The notes under the pieces were generated by a model, which saw only the letters and a list, made by a program, of their open reading frames with translations, searched no databases and was not told where the DNA came from. The position numbers were made by a program, and so were the translations under genes. A stretch of 64,000 nucleotides of DNA from an uncultured Candidatus Sumerlaeota bacterium. Its GTDB lineage: Bacteria > Sumerlaeota > Sumerlaeia > UBA8349. Location: the NCBI GenBank assembly GCA_942493245.1, contig OW818685.1, positions 4,770,973-4,834,972 on the forward strand, given 5' to 3'. Shown here piece by piece: positions 38,899 to 47,210 of the stretch (positions are counted from its first letter, which is position 1; every line of letters begins with the position of its first letter).

Positions 38899-39062
38899 CC
38901 GATTGACCCCTTCCATAGTCCGGGCTTTCAGTGCTTGTAAATAAAGGGACATCCATCCTGGTGCGACGCTTCGTTTGCCCCAGGCGAAAATTTATCCGCG
39001 CCGTTGGCGCGCTTCAACTGCGGTAAATGGGAAAACATTCTCCCCGGACGGGGTTCGCAACC

Positions 39063-40265
39063 ATGCAACGCCAGATTCTGCACATGGACATGGACACGTT
39101 TTTTATCTCGGTCGAGCGGTTGCGCGACCCCTCTCTGTGCGGAGCGCCGGTGGTGGTGGGATCGGACAATCCGATGGCGCGGGGAGTGGTGGCCAGCGCC
39201 AGTTACGAGGCGCGGCGGTTTGGCATTCGGTCGGCCATGCCGCTGCGCGAGGCGTATTACCTCTGCCCTCAGGCCCGTTTCGTGAACTGCACGCCGGGGG
39301 CTTACTCGGAGGCGTCGCGCGCGATTCGCTCCCTGTGCGAGGAGGTGGCGCCCGTGGTCGAGATGGCCTCGGTGGACGAAGCGTACCTGGACCTGACGGG
39401 AACCGACCGGCTCTACGGCCTGGCCGGGTGTGTGGCCGACCGGTTGCAGCAGCGGATTGCCACGGAGCTGCGCCTGCCGGTTTCGTTCGGCTGGGGCGAG
39501 AACAAACTGCTGGCCAAGGTGGCCTCGGCGTACTCGAAACCCCGCGGGCTTTTCCGCGTTTTTCCAGGACAGGGGCGGGCCTTTCTGGCGCCGCTCGAAC
39601 TGCGCCGCCTGCCGGGAATTGGCCCGAAAAGCGCCGCGCTGCTCGGGCGGTACGGCCTGAAGCGGATCGGCGATCTGGACCGGATCGGCGAGCGGTGGCT
39701 GGGCGAAACGCTGGGCGAAGGCGGGCGTTCCCTCTACCACCACGCCCGGGGCGAGGACTCCTCGCCGGTCGTTCCCTGGCGCGCCGCGCAGTCCGTCAGT
39801 CGCGAACATACCTACGATAGCGACACGCCGTGCCGTTCCGAGCACCTGGCCACGCTTTCTTTCCTGAGCGAGCGTGTGGCGGCAGGCCTGCGGCGCGAGC
39901 AGAAACAAGCCCGCCGCGTCACACTCAAACTGCGCTACAGCGACTTCCAGACACTCACACGGGCCACCACGCTACCGGCCTCGACGGCGGACGACCGGGT
40001 GATTTACCGCACGGCCGTCGCCGCGCTCGATGCTCTCTGTCAGCGCCCCGTGCCGGTGCGGCTGTTGGGCGTGTGCGCCAGCGAACTGGAGAGCGGCGAC
40101 GGGTGGGAGCAGTTGGATCTTTTCGCCGCGCCGCGCGACGAACGGTTCGAGCAGGTGGCGCACGTGATCGGCCGCATTCGCGATCGGTACGGATTCAGCG
40201 CCATTCTGCGCGCACGCTCCTGGGAGGCGAAATCCCCCCCTGGGCCGGGTCGTCCGGCGAAGTGA
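39063..40265 (+). CDS. dinB: DNA polymerase IV (Y-family)
   Basis: MQRQILHMDMDTFFISVE..., GIRSAMP, SVDEAYLDL. I prefer ATG 39063. Confidence 0.9.
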   Translation: MQRQILHMDMDTFFISVERLRDPSLCGAPVVVGSDNPMARGVVASASYEARRFGIRSAMPLREAYYLCPQARFVNCTPGAYSEASRAIRSLCEEVAPVVEMASVDEAYLDLTGTDRLYGLAGCVADRLQQRIATELRLPVSFGWGENKLLAKVASAYSKPRGLFRVFPGQGRAFLAPLELRRLPGIGPKSAALLGRYGLKRIGDLDRIGERWLGETLGEGGRSLYHHARGEDSSPVVPWRAAQSVSREHTYDSDTPCRSEHLATLSFLSERVAAGLRREQKQARRVTLKLRYSDFQTLTRATTLPASTADDRVIYRTAVAALDALCQRPVPVRLLGVCASELESGDGWEQLDLFAAPRDERFEQVAHVIGRIRDRYGFSAILRARSWEAKSPPGPGRPAK

Positions 40266-40473
40266 AGCGTGAGTGTCGGGACAGTAAAAAAAACCGGAAG
40301 TCTTTGGACTGGGGTGTTCGCTTTCCCTTGCGTTGGGTAGGGGAGCGGGCATAAAATACACGTGGATAGAGATTCGAGAACCGCTCTATGGCCGATTTTC
40401 AGTAAATGTCCGCCAGAAAAGAATCCGAGCGGCAGGGGTTGGTCTTTCTCCAGAGAATGCGAAAGGAGACGTG

Positions 40474-41229
40474 TTGTTGCAAACATTAGCCGTTCAGGGA
40501 CTGGTGAAAAAGTTCAACTCGCGCACAGTAGTCAATCATGTGGACTTGCAGGTCAACGACAACGAGATCGTGGGATTGCTGGGTCCGAATGGAGCGGGAA
40601 AGACGACCACTTTCAGTATGATTGTCGGGATCACGCGACCCAATGAGGGTCAGATCCTGTTCAACGATACCGATATCACCCAATTGCCCATGTACAAGCG
40701 TTCTCGCCTGGGGGTGGGATATCTGGCCCAGGAGGCGTCGGTTTTTCGAAAACTGACCGTAGAGGAAAACGTCCTCGGCATCCTGGAAACCATGAAACTG
40801 AGCCGCGCCGAGTGCCGCGACCGGCTGGAGGTTGCGCTTGAGGAACTCGGGCTGGCGCACCTGCGCAACAGTCCCGCCTACACCCTCTCGGGTGGCGAAC
40901 GCCGCCGGGTCGAGATTGCCCGGGCGCTGGTGACGGAACCGAAATTCATGCTGCTCGACGAGCCGTTTTCCGGCGTGGATCCGCGCGCGGTCGAAGACCT
41001 CCAGGTCATCATCCGCCAGATGCGCGCCAAGGGCCTCGGCGTGCTGATCACCGACCACAACGTGCGCGAGACGCTGACCGTCACGGATCGCGCTTATGTG
41101 ATCCATGAAGGAAAAGTGATGATTTCCGGAAACGCGGAGACGCTGATCAACGACCAGCGCGCCCGTGAGCTTTACTTTGGCGAAGGATTCTACATGCGCC
41201 TCGACAATGAAAACGGGGAGCAGAACTGA
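40474..41229 (+). CDS. lptB: LPS export ABC transporter ATP-binding protein LptB
   Basis: GLLGPNGAGKTTTF, YLAQEASVFRKLTVEEN, LSGGERRRVEIARAL, LLDEPF. The start is probably TTG 40474 or 40477, after GGAG. Confidence 0.9.
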   Translation: MLQTLAVQGLVKKFNSRTVVNHVDLQVNDNEIVGLLGPNGAGKTTTFSMIVGITRPNEGQILFNDTDITQLPMYKRSRLGVGYLAQEASVFRKLTVEENVLGILETMKLSRAECRDRLEVALEELGLAHLRNSPAYTLSGGERRRVEIARALVTEPKFMLLDEPFSGVDPRAVEDLQVIIRQMRAKGLGVLITDHNVRETLTVTDRAYVIHEGKVMISGNAETLINDQRARELYFGEGFYMRLDNENGEQN

Positions 41230-41373
41230 GAGAAAGGAGGCGGTTATTTTATAAGCGGAGCAAAGCGGCATCAAGGAACCCGGTGTTTCGCGGCTTCAGC
41301 CCTCAGCCCGGAATCCGGGGGGCATCCAGCCCCAGGTTGGGGCGTTCCACATCGCATAGAAGGAGACGTTTCC

Positions 41374-41973
41374 ATGTCCCCACGTATCATGTGTCACCAT
41401 CATGAATTGAGCGATCTGGATCGCGACATGATTACCCACAAGATAGGGAGCCTGAAGAAGTTTTTCGACCGGATCCGCGAGATCAGCGTGATTCTGGACG
41501 AAGTACGGCACGAGTGCCATGCCGAGCTGTTGATTTTCGGACCGCAGCTGAGCCTGCGCGTCAAGGAAACAGCCGAAGACATGCGCACGGCGTTCGAGGG
41601 GGCGTTGAACAAAGCCGAACGCATTCTGGCCAAAACAAAAGACAAGAAGTGGGGAGGAAAGAAGCACGTCGGAAACATGACCATCCGGCGATTCGAGCCG
41701 ATCACGGGCGAACCCGTCCCGGCCACTGCCGTCGTTGCGGAAGCGGAACTGGCAGTGGAACATCTCGAGCCGGAACTTCTGACGCTCGATCAGGCTCGCG
41801 ACGAGGTACACCGCCGTAAAAACGGCATGCTGGTGTTCGTCAACCAGAAAACGGACGAAGTCAATATCCTCCACCGGAACAGCAGCGGCCAACTGGAATT
41901 GATCGAGTTGACGGGAACCGTCCTCTTTCAGCCCACCGCACTGGACCTGGCCGAAGCGGTCGAAGGAGTTTGA
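41374..41973 (+). CDS. hpf: Ribosome hibernation-promoting factor, long form
   Basis: 199 aa with an N-terminal RaiA/HPF fold and the C-terminal dimerisation domain of long HPF. AGGAGA lies 7 nt upstream. Confidence 0.88.
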   Translation: MSPRIMCHHHELSDLDRDMITHKIGSLKKFFDRIREISVILDEVRHECHAELLIFGPQLSLRVKETAEDMRTAFEGALNKAERILAKTKDKKWGGKKHVGNMTIRRFEPITGEPVPATAVVAEAELAVEHLEPELLTLDQARDEVHRRKNGMLVFVNQKTDEVNILHRNSSGQLELIELTGTVLFQPTALDLAEAVEGV

Positions 41974-42116
41974 AATACCCTCCGAACCGGACGTCGCGCA
42001 AAGGCTCCGGTTCGGGAGTTCCATCCGGAATGAACGCATCTTTCTCTTCCGGTTTTCAGCGGATTTCATAACAGCACGGGTTTGAGGATCGGGTTGGATT
42101 CATGAATACCGCTTCT

Positions 42117-42164
42117 TGCCGCATCCCGCCCCCTTCGGAGAGCGGGGTGCGGCAATCTCTTGTT
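42117..42164 (+). terminator. Candidate intrinsic terminator after hpf
   Basis: A GC-rich imperfect hairpin (CCGCATCCCGCCCCC TTCG GAGAGCGGGGTGCGG) is followed by AATCTCTTGTTT. A 10-bp stem CCGAACCGGA/TCCGGTTCGG also lies at 41986-42022. Confidence 0.4.
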
Positions 42165-42185
42165 TAACGCAAAGGTGGTACGCAC

Positions 42186-42953
42186 ATGGAATGGATTCAG
42201 GAACTCCTCAAAAGAGTGAGTCCGGAAACGCTGCTGTTTCTGATTCTCATCGCACTTTCCCTGCTCTCCCGCCTCGTGCAATACGTCGGGGTTTTTCTGC
42301 GAAAGGTCTCGAATGGAGCAAAACCGACGCCACAGCAGGAAGTGCATGGATCCCTTCGCGAACCGCGGGCGCGGTCTGCCGAACCGGGCCAGTCGGAACC
42401 GGCCCGCGCCTCAACGGTCCCCGAGAATCCCGTCCCGGAAGCCTCGACGCGTCCGAACAAGCCTCTGTCCGGGCGTCCATCCCTGGAAACGCTGGCCGAG
42501 AAAATGATCCGGGAAATCGAATGGGCGATGAAAGAGCCCTCCTCCAGCGAGACCCCGCGCAATGCTCCGCCCCCCACCCCTCCGGAGGAGGCCCCACCCA
42601 AGTCGGCCCCGGCCCCCGTTCCCAAACCCGTTGCCGCCCCGCAGCCCTCCGCTGTCCTGAGCCGTTCCGCCTTACCGCCGCGCAGATCGAAAGGCTTGTC
42701 CGTCCGGCCTGTGGCGGTTCCGCCTCCCCCGGCGATGACCTCGCGTGCCATACAGACAGCCGCCGATGGGCGCCGCCTGACCGATTCCGGCATTGAAATC
42801 CAGGAAGCCGCCGTGATTCAGGAGGCCCGCTTCGAGCACCTCGCCGTGCTGCGCTCCCCCGAGGACATCCAGAAGGCCATCCTGTTGCACGAAATCCTCT
42901 CGCCCCCCGTCTCGATGCGCCCCCGCCGGTTTGTGCATTCGCGCGCGTCCTGA
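42186..42953 (+). CDS. Hypothetical single-pass membrane protein with a Pro-rich low-complexity linker
   Basis: An N-terminal TM helix (LLFLILIALSLLSRLV) is followed by a Pro/Ala/Ser-rich region and a structured C-terminal segment. AAGGTGG lies 8 nt upstream. The overlapping minus-strand ORF 42247..43587 is an Arg-rich antisense artefact. Confidence 0.55.
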   Translation: MEWIQELLKRVSPETLLFLILIALSLLSRLVQYVGVFLRKVSNGAKPTPQQEVHGSLREPRARSAEPGQSEPARASTVPENPVPEASTRPNKPLSGRPSLETLAEKMIREIEWAMKEPSSSETPRNAPPPTPPEEAPPKSAPAPVPKPVAAPQPSAVLSRSALPPRRSKGLSVRPVAVPPPPAMTSRAIQTAADGRRLTDSGIEIQEAAVIQEARFEHLAVLRSPEDIQKAILLHEILSPPVSMRPRRFVHSRAS

Positions 42954-42975
42954 CGCATCGAGAGTGTTTCAAGAA

Positions 42976-43137
42976 GAGGCACGGTTGTCTTGCCCGTGAA
43001 GCAAGAGGAGGCACGGGCGTTCCGCCCGTGAGTCGGTTTGTCCCGCCGGCGCGGTTCCGATGGAAACTCGGGGGAAGGTTCCAGATTTCGGAGGCCCTTA
43101 TAATATGGACAACATGGTCGGGACGCCCATGCCACCT
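42976..43137. repeat. Family-2 REP-like element (b)
   Basis: The left end has a tandem of GAGGCACGG...GCCCGTGAAG and GAGGAGGCACGGGCGTTCCGCCCGTGA. The right inverted partner is GGTCGGGACGCCCATGCCACCTC at 43118-43137. Confidence 0.6.
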
Positions 43138-43300
43138 CATACGTGCCCCCGTCTTTTCAAGACCCGGAGTCTCTTGACAGAACCATTTCAAAGAAAAACA
43201 CCCACTGATACAAATATCAAAATCCCCCGATGCGAAAGATAACGAGACCCACCCCATCATGACTTTTTTCCCCCACGCCTGCCCGACCGAATCCATCGCG

Positions 43301-44278
43301 ATGGACCGCATCCGACTCGACGACGCCACGTTTGCCCTGCGCGTCGAGCGTCCCGACGAAGCGGCCGACCTGCGCGCCTCACTCGAACGGGTGGGACTGT
43401 TGCACCCGCCTCTCGTGCGCGCGACCAGCCAGGGGGATTTCCAGATCGTCTGCGGGTTTGCGCGCCTGCGTGTCTGGCGCGCCATGGGGCAGCCGAATGT
43501 TCTGGTCCGGATAGCCCCTGAGACGGCCTCCCCCGCCGACCTGCTGCGGGTCTCAATCGAAGAGAACCGCGCCTCGCGCGGGCTCAACCCGGCGGAGGAA
43601 GCGCTGGCGCTCGATAAACTGTCCGTTCACCTGCCGCGTAAGGTTCTGGTCACCGAGGTTCTGCCGCAGCTGGGCCGCAAGCCCGCCGAGGTTATCCTCG
43701 ACCGCCTGCTCGGCTGGCGCCGTCTGCCCGATGCGGTGTGGCGCGCGCTGGCCCTGGGTGAGATTGCCGAAAGCGCCCTCGACCACCTCAAACCGTTCTC
43801 CCCCGACGATCAGGTCATGGCTATCCGGTGCGTGGCGGCGCTGCGTCTGAGTTCGGGCGCGACGCGCGACTTCTGCCGCCAGGCCTTCGACGTGACGCAA
43901 CGCGACGGCGTGACGCTGGACCAACTGACGCGCGAACTGGGGTTGAACCTGGAGGTAGAACCGGAATTGTCCGATCTGCCGACTTTGCGTACGCGCTTTC
44001 TCGACGCATTGCGCCGCCGCCGCTGGCCGGTCCTGACGCGGCTCGAGGCGACCTACGCCGAACAGCACCGAGCGTTGCAACTGCCAGGCACGATCCGGTT
44101 GCGTCCACCGAAAGATTTCGAAGGTTCCGACTGGCGGCTCGAAGCGACGCTCACCAGTCCCACCGACCTGCGCCAGGCGATCGAACTGCTCCTCAACCGT
44201 CTCGACACGCGCACCGAAGAAGTTCAGGGGCTTTTCGACCTGCCGGTGGAAAAGCCGGGGGGGGGTGATCATTCCTGA
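43301..44278 (+). CDS. ParB/Srx-like N-terminal domain protein with uncharacterised C-terminal region
   Basis: RIRLDDATFALRVERPDE...LRASLERVGLLHPPLVRATSQGDFQIVCGFARLRVWRAMG matches the ParB-like nuclease/CTPase N-domain pattern. An alternative start is 43259. Confidence 0.65.
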   Translation: MDRIRLDDATFALRVERPDEAADLRASLERVGLLHPPLVRATSQGDFQIVCGFARLRVWRAMGQPNVLVRIAPETASPADLLRVSIEENRASRGLNPAEEALALDKLSVHLPRKVLVTEVLPQLGRKPAEVILDRLLGWRRLPDAVWRALALGEIAESALDHLKPFSPDDQVMAIRCVAALRLSSGATRDFCRQAFDVTQRDGVTLDQLTRELGLNLEVEPELSDLPTLRTRFLDALRRRRWPVLTRLEATYAEQHRALQLPGTIRLRPPKDFEGSDWRLEATLTSPTDLRQAIELLLNRLDTRTEEVQGLFDLPVEKPGGGDHS

Positions 44279-45162
44279 TTTCGCAGGCGTCCGAGCAATT
44301 TTTCCAGTTCGAGCGACAGGACCATCTCGCATTCGCCCGGCTGCGGGAAAGTGACGGCGACGATTTTCGCCTCGCGCACGGCTTTCTCGACCGTCGCCCG
44401 AGCGTCCGGATCGGTGGCCATGCGCATGCGCACGGTGTAGTTGGGTGTCAGCATTTCCTCGCCCACCTGTTGCAGCAGGACCGCGCGGGCGTCCTTCTGC
44501 GCCACGCGGTAGGCTTCGCGATCCTCGGCGGTCTGCGCTTTCTGAATCCGGGCTTCCTTGCGCGGCTGGGCGGGTTTGGTGGCGGCGCTTTCGCCCGCCA
44601 CCAGATCGGCGAGGGGCGCCAGATCCAATTCCGCCTGCAGGCGGTAGGTGTCGGCATTCTCGGTGGTTGAGATGTCCTTGAACCGCGTTTTGGTCCGGAT
44701 GGTTTCCTCGATTTTCCGCTGGAGATCCGGACGCGTCTGCATCAGGTGGGCCAGGGGCTGTTCCGCCGTGGCGGGCAGCTGGAGCACCCGCGCGGCCAGC
44801 CGCCGCAGCGCGGCGTCGCTCGCCTGACGCCGCGCGGTCAGCATTGCCTCGACGGGGGTTTGCGCCCCTTGCGGCAGCCGGGCTTCTCCCGGCTCCTCCA
44901 GGGTTTCCCGCGCCCAGTTGGGCAACACCCCCGGGGCTTTGGCGGTTTTGGCCTCCGGCGCGCTCAGCGTTTTCGCGTTGCCAAAGGAACCGTGGCCGGT
45001 GGCGAAGAGCGGTTCCGTTTCCGGGGTCTTAAACCGGGAACACGCCGTCATCAGGCTCAAGGCCCACCCCAGCGCGGCAGCGCACATGAGTATGCGCCCC
45101 ACGCTTACGCCCCTGCGGGATCCGAAACGCGCGATTCTGCTGGCGATGCGGGAAATATCCAT
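44269..45162 (-). CDS. Hypothetical lipoprotein
   Basis: Signal peptide with lipobox (ALSLMTAC). A strong RBS AGGAGG lies 7 nt upstream of ATG 45162. Its 3' end overlaps the 3' end of the convergent ParB-like gene by 10 bp. Confidence 0.7.
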   Translation of the reverse strand: MDISRIASRIARFGSRRGVSVGRILMCAAALGWALSLMTACSRFKTPETEPLFATGHGSFGNAKTLSAPEAKTAKAPGVLPNWARETLEEPGEARLPQGAQTPVEAMLTARRQASDAALRRLAARVLQLPATAEQPLAHLMQTRPDLQRKIEETIRTKTRFKDISTTENADTYRLQAELDLAPLADLVAGESAATKPAQPRKEARIQKAQTAEDREAYRVAQKDARAVLLQQVGEEMLTPNYTVRMRMATDPDARATVEKAVREAKIVAVTFPQPGECEMVLSLELEKLLGRLRNQE

Positions 45163-45438
45163 ACCCTTCCTCCTGGCCGATTCCCTCTATATTTGCGGGG
45201 AGAATCTCCGAAACATTCCCTTGGAACTTGCGCCCTCGACAGTCTCCTGTCCCCTGATCGGCACGCGGATAAACTCGCCCCAATCCGCCGTCATTATAGG
45301 AAGGCCCTCCTTCGGGCGATAGTTTTTTTTCCGGTCCGTGACACGCGTTCTGAACGGTGAGCCGGCTGAAGAACGGCGCGCCCACGGATTTTCCGGAGCG
45401 CGCCGTTTCAACCTGGCTTTCGAGGCTAAAAGCCGTCG

Positions 45439-46017
45439 TCAGAACTGGACCTTGGGCGCCTCGCGTTCGGCGGCGTCCTCGACCTCGAAGAACTCGGCGA
45501 TCTGGAAGTTGAACATCCCGGCGATGAGGTTGGACGGGAACATCTGGATCTTGTTGTTAAAAAGCATGACCTGATCGTTGTAGAACTGACGGGCGAAGCC
45601 GATTTTGTTTTCCGTGGAGGTCAGTTCCTCCTGCAGCGCCAGAAAGTTCTGATTCGCCTTCAGTTCCGGGTAGTTTTCCACCACCAGGAAGAAACTGCCC
45701 ACCGCCCGGCTCAACGCCGCTTCGGCCTTGGCCTGTTCGCCCACGCCGGAGGCCTGCGCCGCCAGGTTGCGCGCCTGCGTGACACTTTCGAGCGTCCCGC
45801 GCTCGTGCTTCACATACCCCTTGGCCGTCTCGATCAGATTCGGGATCAGATCGTGGCGGCGCTTGAGCTGGACGTCAATCTGCGCCCAGGCGTTCTTGAC
45901 CTGATTGCGCAAGCCGACCAGCGCGTTGTACAGCACCACAACCACCAGCGCCAGCAACCCGACCAGCAAAACCAGACCGCCCACCCCCACCATTGCCAGA
46001 AACGCCAGTCCTTTCAT
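45439..46017 (-). CDS. lemA: LemA-family protein
   Basis: MKGLAFLAMVGVGGLVLLV..YNALVGLRNQVKNAWAQIDVQLKRRHDLIPNL...ENYPELKAN... The start at 46017 follows GGAG. Confidence 0.88.
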   Translation of the reverse strand: MKGLAFLAMVGVGGLVLLVGLLALVVVVLYNALVGLRNQVKNAWAQIDVQLKRRHDLIPNLIETAKGYVKHERGTLESVTQARNLAAQASGVGEQAKAEAALSRAVGSFFLVVENYPELKANQNFLALQEELTSTENKIGFARQFYNDQVMLFNNKIQMFPSNLIAGMFNFQIAEFFEVEDAAEREAPKVQF

Positions 46018-46068
46018 TCTGTTCTCCTGCCCCCGCGGATGCGCCATGTCTCGGGCACCCCGCTGCTC

Positions 46069-46527
46069 TTAAGATTGAGAAGATGGAGGGGGGACCAGTC
46101 CCCCGGTTTCCGAGCCAAAAAGATCTTTCAGAAAATCCGAAACCGTCGCGTTGTTCAAAGCGCCTCCCTGGCGCAGAACCGTGGCCAATTCGCCCCGGTC
46201 GAACCACAGGCCGTCGCCCTGCGGGCAATGGTCGAAAAGAACGGGCGTTTCGCCTGCGACCAGTTCCTTGGCCATCTTCTTTCCGCAGATCGGGCACGGG
46301 TGCGGTTTTTCGCCGCCGGAATAAGCCGCTTCCCCCCGGCAGGCCAGAAAATCGCGCCCTTCCTGCTCGTCGCTGAACAGCAGTTCGAGTTCCCCGGCGT
46401 CGAGCCAGACGCCCCCACAGGTCGTGCAATAATCCACCTCGACGGCGTCATATTCCAACACAACCATTTGTTCCCGGCAAACAGGACATTTCACGATCCC
46501 GCCAACCTTTCTCTCAGAAGTTTCCAT
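46069..46527 (-). CDS. Double zf-TFIIB-type zinc-ribbon protein
   Basis: Two copies of CPxC...YCxxCGGVWLDAGEL / CPICGKKM...HCPQGDGLWFDRGEL. Confidence 0.75.
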   Translation of the reverse strand: METSERKVGGIVKCPVCREQMVVLEYDAVEVDYCTTCGGVWLDAGELELLFSDEQEGRDFLACRGEAAYSGGEKPHPCPICGKKMAKELVAGETPVLFDHCPQGDGLWFDRGELATVLRQGGALNNATVSDFLKDLFGSETGGLVPPPSSQS

Positions 46528-46730
46528 AAGACCAAACCGAAAAGACTTTAGTGAAGCGATGGGGATATTGTCAAGCGAGAACCGTATGCCGCAAGTTTAC
46601 CGGATGGGTGGCTCGGTTGACGTTAGCGGGTGTGGCGGTGGAAAAGAGGGCCGCTGAGCAACAGGACAATTTGGGGGTTCAGGAGGATCGGGAACCGGAT
46701 CGTTTAAAAAAACCGCAGGAAACGCCTATA

Positions 46731-46772
46731 GTCCGGTTTTCTTTCAGGCGGGCGTGACGGCCGCCCTCCCAG
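46731..46772 (+). repeat. Family-3 short repeat copy
   Basis: GTCCGGTTTTCTTTCAGGCGGGCGTGACGGCCGCCCTCCCAG. Compare 59203-59242. Confidence 0.6.
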
Positions 46773-47003
46773 GAACTGCGCGCCGCTGTTTGAGGGATGT
46801 TCCAGGGGCGCGCTTTTTATGCGCGAGTGCTCACTATTGAGCATGTTGCTCAGAAACGGCTACCGGCGTGCCTGATTGTGATTAATAACAACCGCTCAAA
46901 TTGGGGGGAGATAAAGTAGTCTGATCTTCACCTGTTCCGGAAATAATTATTCAGAGATCTCATAATAAAGCGATTATGTCACGGATCAGGGTCTTTGTTT
47001 TTC

Positions 47004-47018
47004 TGGCCCGGATCTTGC
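47004..47018 (+). promoter_or_regulatory. Candidate sigma54 (-24/-12) promoter upstream of gspE/pilB
   Basis: TGGCCCGGATCTTGCGC against the consensus TGGCAC-N5-TTGCW. GG is at 47005-47006 and GC at 47017-47018. It sits about 190 nt upstream of ATG 47211 in an AT-rich intergenic region. Confidence 0.4.
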
Positions 47019-47210
47019 GCAAAAATGAGCAGGCGTTTTCACCCTCCGGCGGAGAGGGAACGTAGTGAAAGGCTTTTTGATCAGATGCTGAAATAAAAGA
47101 TACATAAAAACTGAAAATAAGTATAGCAGAAAACAGACTTGTATTATACGCTCTTGAATAGAGAATGGTTCTTTGCGGTTTTATTGAGAACATAAGGTGG
47201 CGCGATAAAA

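Noticed and set aside
42247-43587. 446-aa minus-strand ORF
   Set aside because: Extremely Arg/Ser/Gly-rich. Overlaps the plus-strand TM/Pro-rich protein and the REP element. Antisense artefact.
45285-45340. Plus-strand hairpin + T8 (GAAGGCCCTCCTTCGGGCG...TTTTTTTT) resembling a terminator
   Set aside because: No plus-strand gene ends upstream of it. On the minus strand the A-run precedes the hairpin. It is more likely part of the lipoprotein promoter/leader region.
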